NCBI RefSeq assembly: GCF_006345805.1
Contig: NC_043017.1
Location: 14,384,001-14,448,000 of the forward strand
Length of the DNA: 64,000 nt
Direction: 5' to 3'
From: Octopus sinensis
Lineage: Eukaryota
Shown one piece after another: positions 12,761-26,823 of this stretch. The notes under the pieces were generated by a model. It made no database searches, was not told the origin of the DNA, and saw nothing but the letters and a program-made list of their open reading frames with translations. The first letter of the stretch is position 1, and each line of letters starts with the position of its first letter. Both the position numbers and the translations under genes were made by a program.

Positions 12761-15074
12761 TCCACCTAATTCTGTTGTGCACATTTTTACTCATCCTCAA
12801 ATTTGGTTTATTATGAAAATTTTCCAATATCTGTTAGACAACTCAGAGATCCCTAAACTTAGTTTGATTTGCAGTTCACTCTAAAGCATATAAAAATATA
12901 TTGGAGCAGTTTCTACATAAAAATAAATTTTAAAAAGATATCAGTGAAAATGGATATTAAATGAGGATAAAGTTTTATATATTTTAGCTGATAATTATAA
13001 TTCAAATCTAAAGAAAATTACTTTCTGTAAATTATATTATATTTTTATTCATTAAATGAAACATAATTACAATAATTTGTAATTAAAATTTCAGTTTATA
13101 TTTTCACATTATTAAAAACTATTTTTAATATTTTCACAGCTCCCCAATCTCGAACTTGGGAACCACGAGTGTATTATGATACCCCATTTGGAATCCATTG
13201 AGATTAAAAAGTAGAAAACGGATTTACTTTCTGCTGTGTAGGTGTCACAGACAGAAATATCGATCGTATTGTGACTCCTGACAGAAATGTTCTGTATTGT
13301 CTATCTTGCACCTCTCACAAACAACAATTACACTCTCAAAACTTCTTCTTTTTGTCTGAATGACTGAGTTTAATTAACAATATTTAATGTATGAAGCATT
13401 GTAAAGCTAACTGAAAATAAATATATGGTGAGACAAACAGAGAGAGATAAATTAGTGTTAACAGATTCAATAAACAATACAGCTGCTATTACAAAACAGT
13501 AAGGATATAGTAAGGGTAGTAAGGATGACTACAGGTTATTACAATAAGGAATAAGGATGAATATATTTATATGTCATTACATAATGATCAATATCGAGAT
13601 ATAGTTATTACATAATGATCTAATGCTATATATAAATGTGGGTCTAGCTGTAATAACAGCTTAAACATATGTAAAGTATCAGATCCTTACCGTTTTACTG
13701 TGAGTAATATCTAATCTTAGATCCTTCTGTATTACTGCTATAACAGATAGACACATATTTGTATATACCCTTAGGTCATTACTACCTTACTGTAATAAGA
13801 GCTACACCTACATATCCTCCCTTTGATCCTCCCTTTATCTTACTATAATAGAAGCTGGATCTATATCTTGTCTTAGATTATTTCTGTTATGGCAGCTATG
13901 GCTGATCCTCACCATCTTCCTAATAATCCTTTCTGATATAGGCACAGGGCCTGAAATTTTGGAGGATGGAGGTAAGTCAATTATACTGACCTCAGTACTT
14001 AATTGGTATGTATTTCATTGACCCCAAAAGGATGAAAGGCAAAGGTGACCTTAGCAGAGTTTGAACTCAGCATATAAAGACAGACGAAATGCCACTAATA
14101 TATATATCCATAGATCCTTATTGTAATAGCAGCTAGATCAACAACCAGACTTGGATCATTATGGTAATAACATATAATAATAACCTATATCCAGTCTTAG
14201 AACTTTATGTATTATCAGCAAGGCCTCTATCCTTCTTAATATCCTTACAATAATAACGTTTGTATCCAACAATAGATCCTTTCTGTATTAACAGTCAGGA
14301 CAGTTGGATACAAAGATCAATTTTCCTTCATCCACAATGAAATACCAACTTCAATTTGCATTAAAAAATTTAAGTATTTATTTATTGAACATTTCATTTA
14401 TTTCTTTAAGGGTTTTAGCATATTTATTGACTCCCAGTAGGTGCGATATCTAAAATTACACTTGGCTAAAAGGGAAAGGATTTGGTTGGACTTCAATATC
14501 AGAAGACATCTGTGGTGAAGTGTTGTGATTCTCACTCCATGATGATACACAGACACACACACCCATACACACAGTTCCTGAGGGCTGTGGGTATGCTGGA
14601 TATGTATTTATACTGTATATACACACACTTATCCTTGTTCTTTTTCTGTCTAGCAAGTTATTTGGCAAGGTCAGAAACACTGGTAGCATGAAAAAGAAAA
14701 CCCAGTACACATTGTGAAGAGGTTGGCATTAGGAAGGGCATCCACCTGTAGAAACCATGTTAATATTGACAATTGAAACTTGGCACAGCCCTGTGGTTCA
14801 CTGGTTCCTGTTAAACTGTTCAACTAATGCCAACATGGAAAATGTTAAATGATGATGATATATTTTATATATATATACACACATACACAAATATAAATAC
14901 ACACATACATAGAAGCTTCCAGATGTTTCCCATTCCCTAAATTTCACTAAAGTAGCTATAGATGGTGTTTGAGGAACATACTGTGAATGGAACTGAACTT
15001 GAAGTCATGTAATTTCAAGGCAAATTTCTTAACGATAATTTGTTTCTCACTGTAGAGGTCAGTTAATGAAATTA

Positions 15075-15239
<165 letters not shown>

Positions 15240-16559
15240 TTAATTAGTGTTAATTAATCATAAAAACAAGTTAATATAAAATGAGTATCAAGAAATCTTG
15301 CAAAAGACAAAAACACAGGGTAAAAGTTTCATTTCATTTCAGAATGTATTTAAAAATTGATCCAGTTGCCATGAACTGATTGAATCAGTGAAGCACTGAA
15401 CAACGTGCCTTTAAGTATTTAGTTGCATCACCCTGTGTTCTGAGTTCAAATCCTGCCATGGCCGTCTTTGTATTTGATCTTTCCGGGGAGGATAAAATAC
15501 AACACTATTCAGGTTCCTCATATGAATAGATTTAATCCATCATATGATTCAATACACAACGTGACCCTTAGCAGAGTCTACTCAGTAGCAAGTATTTGGA
15601 ACAGGTGCCTGGTCTGATAATAATTTACCTGCAACTTCAGCTTCTCAACAGTTTCAAGAGTCCCTTTAACGGGTTGTGGGCACTTCCCTTTCTTCATAAC
15701 ACATTACCAAACTAACATACATTTGGGATGAATTTCATTTGCCATCTTATACAGTTTCTGATCTAGTACCACTGCAAAAAATTAGTGGATGACCAACAGA
15801 TGTCCAGGACAGGAGTTTAAATCCAGTTATACCCCTACTCCTGACACATGATGGGTTACCAGCCGGTTTCAGTCAATGAAATTCTTCTTATTGGTCAATG
15901 CAAGTCTTTTGTACAAGATCTATGACTGAACTCAGAATCCTGTAGTTGCCCAGTTCTTAACTATCAACCATGCCTAAATGCTGTTCCATAAATTCATTCA
16001 GTCATTAAACACAACTGTCGATGCTAGCATGAGTTAGTCAAAAAAGTTATTTGGGATAGCAGTTTTTATGGCTGGATGCTCTTCTTGTTACCAACATATT
16101 TTTCAAGAAAGGACAATTTAGATTTTTCCATTTCACTCAAAATTTTTGAGATTTTAAAATTGAGTGGAAATTTTCAAATTTGGTGTATTGGTGTAATTTT
16201 TCACACTGAATCTGATTTTGTCATTCAATTGTTTAAGAAAATTTTTTAGAAAAATGTTACAGTGGTTTAAAAACTTGATTATTTTTACCCAATCAGAAAA
16301 CAGGATTCAGAAGCTGGCAATTTGTGCCTGGTTACAACATTATGATCACAAAACATATAAAGACAGAAGTCTGAATAAGTTTTAATGAATAGAGTCATGT
16401 GAAAATATACATGTAAACAATATAAAAAGGGAAAATCCTCCATGAATTTTTTTTTTATTTTGATAAAATTACAATACATTTTTGTAGTGAAATGTAAGAC
16501 TGCAATACACTCTAGGAGTTTACCAAATAAATTCAAATTCTTATAATCTCCTGTGTCAC

Positions 16560-16960
16560 ACAACTTATGAGTTGACCATAGAAAGGTGGGTGCCACGGTG
16601 GTGTTTATTTCCTCATTTTACTGAGGCCCATGTGCTTTCCACTATCCTTTGAGTTAATAAACTCCACACTGTGGTTCACCGTTCTATGTCAAAAATTAAA
16701 ACCAACTCTTTCAGGAATGTGAGAATAGGCCCTCAACAAGTCCCTGAAAATTGTGGTTCCTGAAATACCTGACTGACATATGCATTCCTCAAATGTGTCA
16801 TGATTCTGGCATGGCACCACAAAAAGAAAAACATATCTGGTCTGGCGACTCCCTCCTCTAGAAACCCACTGCCCGAGTGGCACCCTTCCTCAGTTGTTTT
16901 TATGTCTTGAGAAGACTGTTCTGTCTATCTCAACAATCTTCCCATGCCCACCTATCTGAA
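16560..16960 (-). pseudogene. Merlin / ISXO2 (IS1595-like) DDE transposase relic
   Basis: Hand translation: GGHGKIVEIDRTVFSRHKNN*GRVPLGQWVSRG...GTTIFRDLLRAY...HRTVNHSVEF...VESTW. Matches the family motifs VEIDE, QWVFG, GTTIxSD, HxTVNHS; contains stops. Confidence 0.8.
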
Positions 16961-19792
16961 CTAGTTTTGATGAGGTTAGGTCCACCAACCAAACACTGTA
17001 AGCAGAGAGAAGAGTTTGAATAAAGACATCAATAACAACAGTGTCAGTCATTAGTCATAATTCTTCAAATTAATTCAGTTCAACTTGAGATTAAGGATTA
17101 AAATGGATACAAGAAAGATACATTTCGTCAGATGGATTAAATAATGAGGCTCTAATTAGTGAACATGTAATGATGCCATATAATTTGTTTCTATCAACAG
17201 TTCAAATACTAATGAAGACCAATATTGGTTTCAAATTTTGGCACAAGGCCAGCAATTTTGGAGGAGGAGGAGGGTGAGTCAATTACATCAATTCCAGGAG
17301 TCAACTGATATTTATTTTATCGACCCCGAAAGGATGAATGGCAAAGTCAACCCCAGTGAAATTTTAACAGTGAAATGCTGCTAAATTTTAACAGTGAAAT
17401 GCTGCTAAACATTTTGTATGGCATGCTACCAATTCAGCCACCTCACCATCCGAATGAAGAGAAAGACTGAAAACATACAATAATTAGGGTTAGGGTTAGG
17501 GTTGGGGTACATAAGTGGGGGAGGGGAGAAAAGGGAAAGAATTGATCAGAATGATTTAGGGTGCCAAAATCAACTTTGTCTTTCATGCTTTGGGGATCAA
17601 TAAAATAAAGTACCAGTAACATACCAGGGACAATAAAAATAATGAAGTAGCAGTCATATACTGGAGTGAATTTAACAAACCACCTTTTCATTTAATTATG
17701 AGTTTTTCCAAGGAAGAAGAGCAGATACTGATTTTTTAAGGCTTCCTAGACTTATAAATGAAGTGGGGAACTATCGTTAGAGTGGAGACCTGATTTGAGT
17801 GATTGCCACAACTTAGGGTTCTGCTAATATCACAGTTGGCCCAAGGGCCAGGTGATGGTGTTCAACTGAACAACAGATTAACTTCACCACCCAAACATGG
17901 AAACTGCTGTTTCATGGTCTCCTTTAAACAAAATACCATAACTGAGACTTCCAAATAAATCTTCTTACAGTAGGGTGTGTTTAAATAATGGATGAGGGTG
18001 AAAACGCCAACATCCATAGGTATTCCTTTGAATAGTATGACACCTTGGGTATGATTAATGAAGGAGGGATGAAACCCTGACTGCATATTTAATAAGAAAT
18101 ATGTTTGAGTAGTTCCACTGTCTTCAACATCAGCAATAATTCCATTGGAATTCTTCAAAGCTAATCAGGTGTTAACTCTTTGAAAGACATAATCACAGTA
18201 CAGTGTTACAGGATAATAATAATTGAGTAGCTATGACGTAACCCCAGATATTATCAACTTTGAAAAAGATAATGATGGTACAGTGTCACACAATTATATT
18301 GACAGGTGATGTGATACCTCAATCATTGCATCCACATCCAGAAGACAACAACTTTAGATATAATAAATTAATTTACTTCCATGAAATTAAATATGTTAGT
18401 TGACATCAACAATTCCCCTAACAATTAATAATGAATTCCTTCACCACAAGGTGGCATGTGAGATGCTTTAAAATATTTTAGTCTGAGTTGAATATGTTTA
18501 GTATTTAATTAATAAAGTAGACTGACTAAGATGAAATATTTTAATTATCCAATAAATCTATTGATTACAAACTAATAAACACAAGATTAGTTTTATTTCT
18601 GAATATATGTCAAGTTTGTCTTTTGTTGTTATTTTGCTTTCAGTCAGATGGAAGGCTCCTGACCTGTTACAGAACCTCCAAGACTGGCGGAGGTGGGAGT
18701 GGAAAAGAACCTGACCTAAATGCTTGCAACAGATTGGACTCTCCCAAATGTAGCCAAGGCATAAGGTACTGCTTGACCAGATAACAAATTAAGTTTGCTA
18801 CCCCAGTAACCCACAGTGGGATTTGAACACAAGATGCAAAGCACCACAACAAATACCACTAGGCATTCAATCTGACATTGTTTCACTTCCACCAATCCAA
18901 CCAATCATTCACTGCTTTGGATTCAGACTTTTTTATTGACTCTGAAAAGATGGAAGAAGTTGAGCTTGGCAGGATTTGAACTCAGAGCACAGAGAGATGT
19001 CAAAAACACCACAAAGCATATTGTCTGGTGCTCCAACGACTCTGACAAATCATCACCTTGACTTATTGCCACCATAATTCACGAGGGAAATATTCTAATT
19101 AATAAATTAAGTGGAAAGGAGGGGAAAACATTGACTCAATGACTAATATTTATTTAATCTAATTTTGGTAAGGGAAATAAATGCAGACATGTTTTAGTCA
19201 TATTAGAACTCCTCAGCAAAGCATGATATCTAAATGGAAAGTTGCTGCTTCCAAACAACAACATACTTCTACAATATTTTTCCTATTTCCATACAAAGTA
19301 GACAACAACATAATAGACACGTTGCATACTCAATATTGGCCAACTGCCTTTCACGATTGATTTCTATCTATGACAAGGTCGATATATATTTTCTAATTAA
19401 AGTGTGTACATCTGGTAGACCCTTTGTTAGTGTGTAAACTTGCCCCAACGTGATTAATTACAAGACTGTAGACTCTTAACTGGTAACAGTTTATATTCAA
19501 AAAGATTAATTCTGACTGGACAGAATTTCTGGAGAGTCAACTACGTAGTGGAACATTGTATTGAACCAACACACATACAGATACAATAAGCAATAAAGTC
19601 CTCCTTAATTTGCACTGTTTCCCCTATTGTTACTGAAACACACATATATTGTGTGAGATATTAACTAAAGAAGGTTTTGTGTCAGGGGATATCTCTCCTC
19701 TTATACAGCATGCAAAATCTGAAGAGTACATATTAGGTGCTTAAATATATCATTGCTTGATTTTACTTCATTATTACAAATTATGCAAATTG

Positions 19793-19834
<42 letters not shown>

Positions 19835-19859
19835 CAGAGGGGCAAAACAATCTACTCAC

Positions 19860-19963
19860 CCACTAAGGACGCCAAGAACTAAGTTGAGCATAAAAAATGA
19901 GCCCAATATAATAAGAGGTATGAAATATATCCAGTTGTAAGAGTCTCCAAAAGCATCATTTGT
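19860..19963 (-). CDS. Cav2: Cav2 exon ~7 (IS6): [35 protein letters not shown]
   Basis: 104 bp, tttcag|ACA ... AGT GG|gtgagt. Carries the conserved [15 protein letters not shown]. Confidence 0.96.
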
Positions 19964-20843
19964 CTGAAATAAGAAAAACAAAACAACGAATTATTAAACA
20001 TGACCCAATCAGAGCTGACTTAGTTTCATAGTGTCAGCAACAGAGAATTTAGGGATTTATTTCTGGGTGAAGTCATGAGAAAAAGAGTAGGACCAATGAC
20101 CCTTTTTTGGATGTCTTCAGAGACAGAGGGGAAAGAAGAAGAAAATTGGCCCCATACTTCTTCAGAATGGAAACTTGGTACAAATTCTTGCAACAGACTG
20201 GAGTCTACTAAATGCAGTCAAGGTCAAATGGTGGCTGAAGTATTATACCAGTGAAATGATTAAATTTTCCTAACCCTGAACAAAATCAGAAATGGTCCCT
20301 CTGACAGGCTTCTACATAAATTCTTTTCCACCAAATTTCACTCATATGGTTTTGGTCAACTTGAGACTATGGTAAAAGACAATAGGCTAAGTGGCACACA
20401 ATGAGATTGAACCCAAAACCACAAAGTTGCAATGCAAACTTCTTAACCACATAATCATGTTGTGCATTAACTTAGTTGTGTGATTAGAAAAACTGATGTT
20501 CATTTTATGGTTTGGTCAGAGGAGGAGAACATTCTTACAACAGAAATTTGGTCCAAATTGCATCAACAGAAAGTAGTCCGCTAAAGGCAGCCACAGACTT
20601 TGGTAAATCTGAAGTTGTGGCAGAAGGTACTTGCCCAAGCAGCCATGCACTGGGATCAAATCCATAACCTCTTGTGTAAAGTGAGCTTATTAACCAAACA
20701 ACTGCACCTATCTAACCAGACAGCCACAACTGTTTAAGCCACACAACCAAGTATGAAGAGTTTCCATTATGACTCAAGCAATTTAGTAAAAAAAACAATT
20801 CAAAACTGTAAAAAGAGAATAAATATTAAACTGGATTCCTTAC

Positions 20844-21049
20844 ATAATATAATACTTGGGTCCATCCTTCCATAGTTACACACTGGAACACCGTCAACAT
20901 CGCGAAACCCATGTTGTCGAAACTAGTAATTCCATAATTTGGGCCATCCCAATTGAATCGACATTTAGCAATATTTGCTCGACAGTGATAGCCATTACCC
21001 TCATCTGCGCAAGGCCGGATAGTTTCTTCATCACCATATTCTATATTAT
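20844..21049 (-). CDS. Cav2: Cav2 exon ~6 (domain I turret and pore loop): DNIEYGDEE...[30 protein letters not shown]
   Basis: 206 bp, ttgcag|AT AAT ... TAT|gtaagg. Contains the TMEGW selectivity-filter glutamate. Confidence 0.97.
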
Positions 21050-21958
21050 CTGCAAAAGTCAAATCAAATACATTTGCATATATCCTTTAGAGTTTTGGAA
21101 ATTCATTTTTCATCTTGATTACTTATTATTACTTATTAATCAAAATGATTTATAGTTATTTTCCTATCCTACAATACTTTGGAAGATTCTGAAAATTTTA
21201 CCATTTTCAAATGGCTAATTGGAAACTGCGTTATAACAACAAAATCTGAAAGCTGTTCACAAAGCTGATTGGCACGGTGGTGTAACAGACTGAATTCTTT
21301 ATGTTTACTTCATTATTGTTGAACTATTGGGGATTAGTTTTGGCTTTCATGCTCCAGAAATTGATAAATAAGTTCCAAGTACTAAAGGAAGTAGTAAAAC
21401 CAGAATTCAAGAGAAATTGAAGCTCTGTGTTGGTAAACAATGGTAATAAAATCTAGAAGGTATTTAGAAACTGTATGGTAGGAAACAACATAATATTTTT
21501 GGATTAAGGTACTTCAATGGAAGCTGGTAAAATATCGAATATTTCAAGATTAGATCCTTCAATGAACAAAAGTAAAAAAGTTGGCTAAAGGCCTTTAGTC
21601 CAAAACATCAGCTATAGTTCCATCTGGCACAAATTCTTTTAGTTTCATTGGATTAAGTCAAAATTAATTCTGTACTTTCTGCATCTTCAATATCTTCTCT
21701 ACAATTCTATGATTTTGTGTCAAAGAACTAGAATTTTCACAAAACACCAATTTTTAATATTTTCTACAGTAACATTTCTTTACTTTAACCTTAAAACACT
21801 CTCCTAACGATAAATAGATTTCTCTGATTGGAATATTCACATTTTACTCAAGACTTCAAAATCATACAGTTTTCAACTTAAACTGATTAACATATAATAT
21901 GGGCCATCTTGGTTGTGATGTTGAAATGTTATGTAATAAATAAGTTGATGCCACTTAC

Positions 21959-22123
21959 CTTCACTATCGTCATCTGGTTTTATAAAACAGGCTTTGTGGA
22001 AAGCACCAGTATAAAATTCTAAACCAATGATGGCAAATATTATTATAGCAAAGAGTACCAACAGGCAAACTTGCAACAATGGTGCCATTGCCCGTATAAT
22101 TGATTTTAATACTACTTGTAAAC
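21959..22123 (-). CDS. Cav2: Cav2 exon ~5 (IS5): [55 protein letters not shown]
   Basis: 165 bp, tttcag|GT TTA ... GAA G|gtaag. Lies within ORF 21873..22160. Confidence 0.96.
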
Positions 22124-23219
22124 CTGAAAAGAGAAGGAAGACGGATATTATTTCGTGCATTTTTACCAGAAATAGCTTCCTAAAATCACTTCAGTCTAAA
22201 GTTATCACCATCTTTAAGATCATTCTAATTGAAGCAGGGAGGGCAAAGTGGGCAAAGTGTTTGCCTTTCAATGATCAGGTGCTGAGGTTTAGTCTCATTG
22301 AAAGGCATTTTTTGTCACAGTGTTGTGTTAACCCAGGACTCATAAGTTAAACTAAGAAGATGGAAACTGTGTAGAAGCCCATCAAATGGTTTATATCTGT
22401 AAATCAAATGTTCCACTTCATCAAACGTGTCATGCTGATTTGAAAGAGAACTGCAGGAAGGGTACATGTGTCTGTGGAATACTCAACCACATATAAGTTA
22501 ATTCAATGAAGAGGTTGTTAATTGAACAATTGAATGCTTATTTTTGAAACTGAAGGAAGATCCATCAAGTGAGGCCATGTTGTTTATTAATAGTTGAGGT
22601 AAAAGAGGAAGGACATCCTCTCTGATTCTTTCCAAGGCCTCGGTGACTCACGGCAGAAAGAGAGAAAATTATCTTCAAAGATGTAAAAACTTGTAAGAAA
22701 GAAGACTTTATTAAAAGAAACTAACGACCAAGTGCTAATGTTAAACTAAGTCTAAGCCTATCCCTAAAAGCAGAGACATTATTTTCAAACAGGCTCCCAT
22801 GCAGTTTCCATTTACTATATTTTACTCATTATTATTACTACATACATGATATATTAGTATATACATACTATATTACCATACATTTGATATATTATTAAAT
22901 ACACACAGTGTTACTATATACTTAGTTAACAAGAGGTTATGGTAGAAGATATTCGCTCAAAGTTTCACAGAGGGCAAACCTGGTGGCCCGAGGCTGCAAA
23001 ACAAATCACCCACAGCTGTCTTTTACCTATTCATTTACTTATTCCATGTTAATTGTGATATTTCATTGTCTTTATATAATTTCTCATTTCTATCAATCTA
23101 AATTCCAAAATTATATTCAACAGCAATCAATTCTGTTGGTTTTTCTGTTTTGCATAAGATATCAGTTTTGATATACATCAGAAATGGTGTGCGTGTGTTT
23201 GTGTGTGTGTGTGTGTAAT

Positions 23220-23500
23220 GGAAGTGAAGGTCTGTGACTTATTGGTTAGGGTATTCAGCTCACAATCATACAGTCGTGAATTCAATTCCAAGCAGTCCTT
23301 GTTTTTTGCAGTCAGCTGGCAAAAATGAGTTGTACCTGTATTTCAAAGGGCCAGCGTTGTTCCATTCTGTGACCCTCTGAATCTCCTTGAGAGCTACATA
23401 AAGGATACCTGTGTCTGTAGAGGGCTCAGCCACTTGCATGTTAATCTTAAGAGCAGGTTGTTCAGTTGATCGCATCAACTGGAACCCTTGTTGTCGCCAG
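23220..23500 (+). mobile_element. SINE family D, older copy with internal deletion
   Basis: Aligns to the reverse complement of 53023-53349 (CAGCTGGCAAAAATGAGTTGTAC...GTTGATCG). Confidence 0.8.
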
Positions 23501-24283
23501 CTGTTTCTTTTGTTTTTATATGGTGGTTTCTGGTAGATTGAAATGGGTGCCAGACCAAGACATTCATTGTCTTACTTCATCATCAATACTGTTCTGCTGT
23601 TATAAATATTTTTATCCCTCAAGTAACACCCATACATTTCGTGGTGTCCCTGTACCTTTGCCCATCAGTTAGCTAACCTCTGAACATTGTAAGGCATCAG
23701 ATATTGAAGAAATATCAACAATAACCCTAAGTTACAAAAATGGAAGGACTCAAGACCACTGATGAGAGTTATGACAATTTCAAACAGAGACACCATGGTG
23801 TGTAGCGGTTTTGCCAGGAACACCTCACTAGACGACTCAAGAGGATAATCCTCATAGCTGCAATTAAGATAATTCTGTATTATAGATGTGATCCTCTGGT
23901 CATCAAATATCTAGGTGACCTTCAGTGTTGGCTAAGAACATAAAATGAGAGACAGGTGACATTCCATAATTGAGGAAATAAGACAGCAGGAATACAGACA
24001 GCTCCAGACGGCCAAGTAGAGTCTGAGATACCCAGTGATAACCACCAGCTAAGTCATCATCTGGAGACTTATCCATAGGAGGATGAATGAGGAGCGTTCT
24101 TCCAAAATTAAAAAATTAAAACTGTGGTAGTGGACTCAGGTGCTGTAACTGATGATAGCTTAGATCATTGATGATAGAAGGGGATGAACAGGGCACTGGT
24201 CATTGTGCCCAACACAATCACATGATGGTGATGAAGATGATGATGATGATATAAAACACAGACATAAATGAATGAAATCTTTA

Positions 24284-24427
<144 letters not shown>

Positions 24428-25045
24428 TTACTCTATTATGGGAATTGAAGATTAATCTACAAGAAATTCAAAGAAACATTACAAAAGTTCTGCCCAAGTA
24501 ACTTTAATCCATGAAGAAATGGTTTTAATTTAAAGGAAACAAAGAATTCTGAATATTTCAATATTTATTTCTTTTAATATTTCTATTGCAATCTTTAAAC
24601 AAGAGCATTATTGGTTACAACTCGTTAATTACTGGTTTGCTGCATCTAAAATGCAACAATGATAATGAAGTGTGAGTCAATGCAGAACAAACATCTCAAA
24701 GGACATCATTCATTTGTTTTCTTGTCAATGTATATATATCATGCCAACAGACACCAATGAAACACACACACAAATTCGCAGGTATCTGCATGGTTTCTGT
24801 CAGCCAAATTCTTCCCACATGATATTTTCCACCTATGTTGATGATAGACAACATTTACCCAAAGTGCTGTGTAATGGAACCAAACTCACAACCACATTAC
24901 TGCAACGCAAGTGTCCTAACCCCCCGATCCTGTCAACTTTGGTGTGAGTTTAACAAAACCAAACAACAAGCACAAGTGTCACCTCATTGTGTTTCTTGAA
25001 CACAATGAGGCAAAAGGGAAATTTGTAGAATTTGGTGCTACTTAC

Positions 25046-25185
25046 CCTGTGACAACTACTACAAAATCCATGATGTTCCAGACGTTGCGTAAATACGACC
25101 CTTTATGTAAGACAAATCCTAAAGCAACAATTTTCAATAATGCTTCTACACAAAATATTCCAAGGAAATAGAACTCTGTGGCCTC
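25046..25185 (-). CDS. Cav2: Cav2 exon ~3 (IS2-IS3): [47 protein letters not shown]
   Basis: 140 bp, gacag|GAG ... ACA GG|gtaag. Carries the YLRNxWNxMDF motif. Not in the ORF track; translated by hand. Confidence 0.96.
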
Positions 25186-25519
25186 CTGTCAAATTGACAA
25201 AAAAAAAAGACAACATGAAGCTAGAACTTAGCAAAATACAGCCATATCTCAATGTACAACATTTAAAGTTATGTATTTTTTGACTTTATGTTTTTTATTT
25301 TTGTTTAAAAAATTAATGGAGAACAATAAACCTCAAAGTCAGTGAATTCAGCTGATTTTATGCCAGTTTCAGTAAACAAATTTAAAACATAAAAATTACA
25401 AAGAAAAACACCTAAAAAAATACTGACGTGGAAAAAATTAAATAAAATACACGTTGAAATATATACAAATCATTTATTCAGACAGATATAAGCAAATAGA
25501 TTATTTCCAAATTTGTTTT

Positions 25520-25559
<40 letters not shown>

Positions 25560-26233
25560 ATCATTATTTAAGTTGAATTGCATGTCTTGGAACCAATTAC
25601 CAACACATGCTGAAGTTTGCCTTTCTCTGTAATTACTTGAAAAACTATTATTACTTGAAAAACTATTTTCACTTTTATAGTATATAGATTTATATATTCA
25701 CACAGACACACACAGTTTTAATCATGCATGAAATACTTTGGTGCTGGAAGAAGGGACTAAGCCCTTAACATCTGAAGGCCCTAAGGGATCAGTGAGATTA
25801 ATGAGGTTGATTTTTCTATTGTTTTAGCAATATTGTTAATATTGTTAATCCCTATAATCCCTCTCTGGATTAACACAAGTAGGTGCTGCCAACAACATCC
25901 ACTGAATCCTCTGCTCATAAGTGGTTGAGTACTCAACAGACACACAGACCCATAATTCCCAGCAAGAATTAACAGGATATCCATGTGTAACAAGGTTGTA
26001 CCTTTTGAATGACAGGTATAATCCATCTGACAGGTTTCAATAGTTTTCATCTACCCAATCTCACTCACAAGGTATGGGTCAACCAAGGCTATAATAAATA
26101 GCATTTGCCATCAACCCCGAAAGGATGAAAGGCAAAGTTAACCTCAGCAAAATTTGAACTCTGAACACAGTGGCAGACAAAATATTGCTAAGCATTTTTC
26201 CCAGTGTGCTAACAATTCTACCAGCTTGCCACC

Positions 26234-26267
<34 letters not shown>

Positions 26268-26268
<1 letters not shown>

Positions 26269-26481
26269 CCTTTCTACTATAGGCACAAGGCCTGACATTT
26301 GGGAGAGGGGGATATTTGATTACATCAACCCCAGTGTATGACTGGTACTTAATTTATCAATCCCGAGAAGATGACAGGCAAAGTCGACCTTGGCAAAATT
26401 TGAACTCAGAACGTACCAGCAGACAAAGTACCAGTAAGCATTTCGTCTGGCATGCAAATGATTCTACCAGCTCACCACCTT
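26268..26481 (-). mobile_element. tRNA-derived SINE, family B, between (TAA)n tracts; a second partial copy lies at 26110-26235
   Basis: Same head and core as 2115-2320, but with a different 3' tail (GGCCTTGTGCCTATAGTAGAAAGG). Confidence 0.8.
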
Positions 26482-26500
26482 AATAATAATAATAATAATG

Positions 26501-26545
<45 letters not shown>

Positions 26546-26776
26546 TTAGTGATAATTTCATTTTACACTTTGATAGTACAGCACAATTAGACACAATTTT
26601 GAGAAATTAAGTAGTGTTTTGCTATTTTTAATCACTGCCTTTCACTGATGAGGTCTGAATAATATGAAAATGTGTTCAGAGTTGTCGTCTCCCTCTGCAT
26701 ATTAGAGAAATATAAACAATATTAGACATTGATCAATATTATTCTTATATAGGTGGTGTTACAGAATTATATAGAC

Positions 26777-26823
<47 letters not shown>

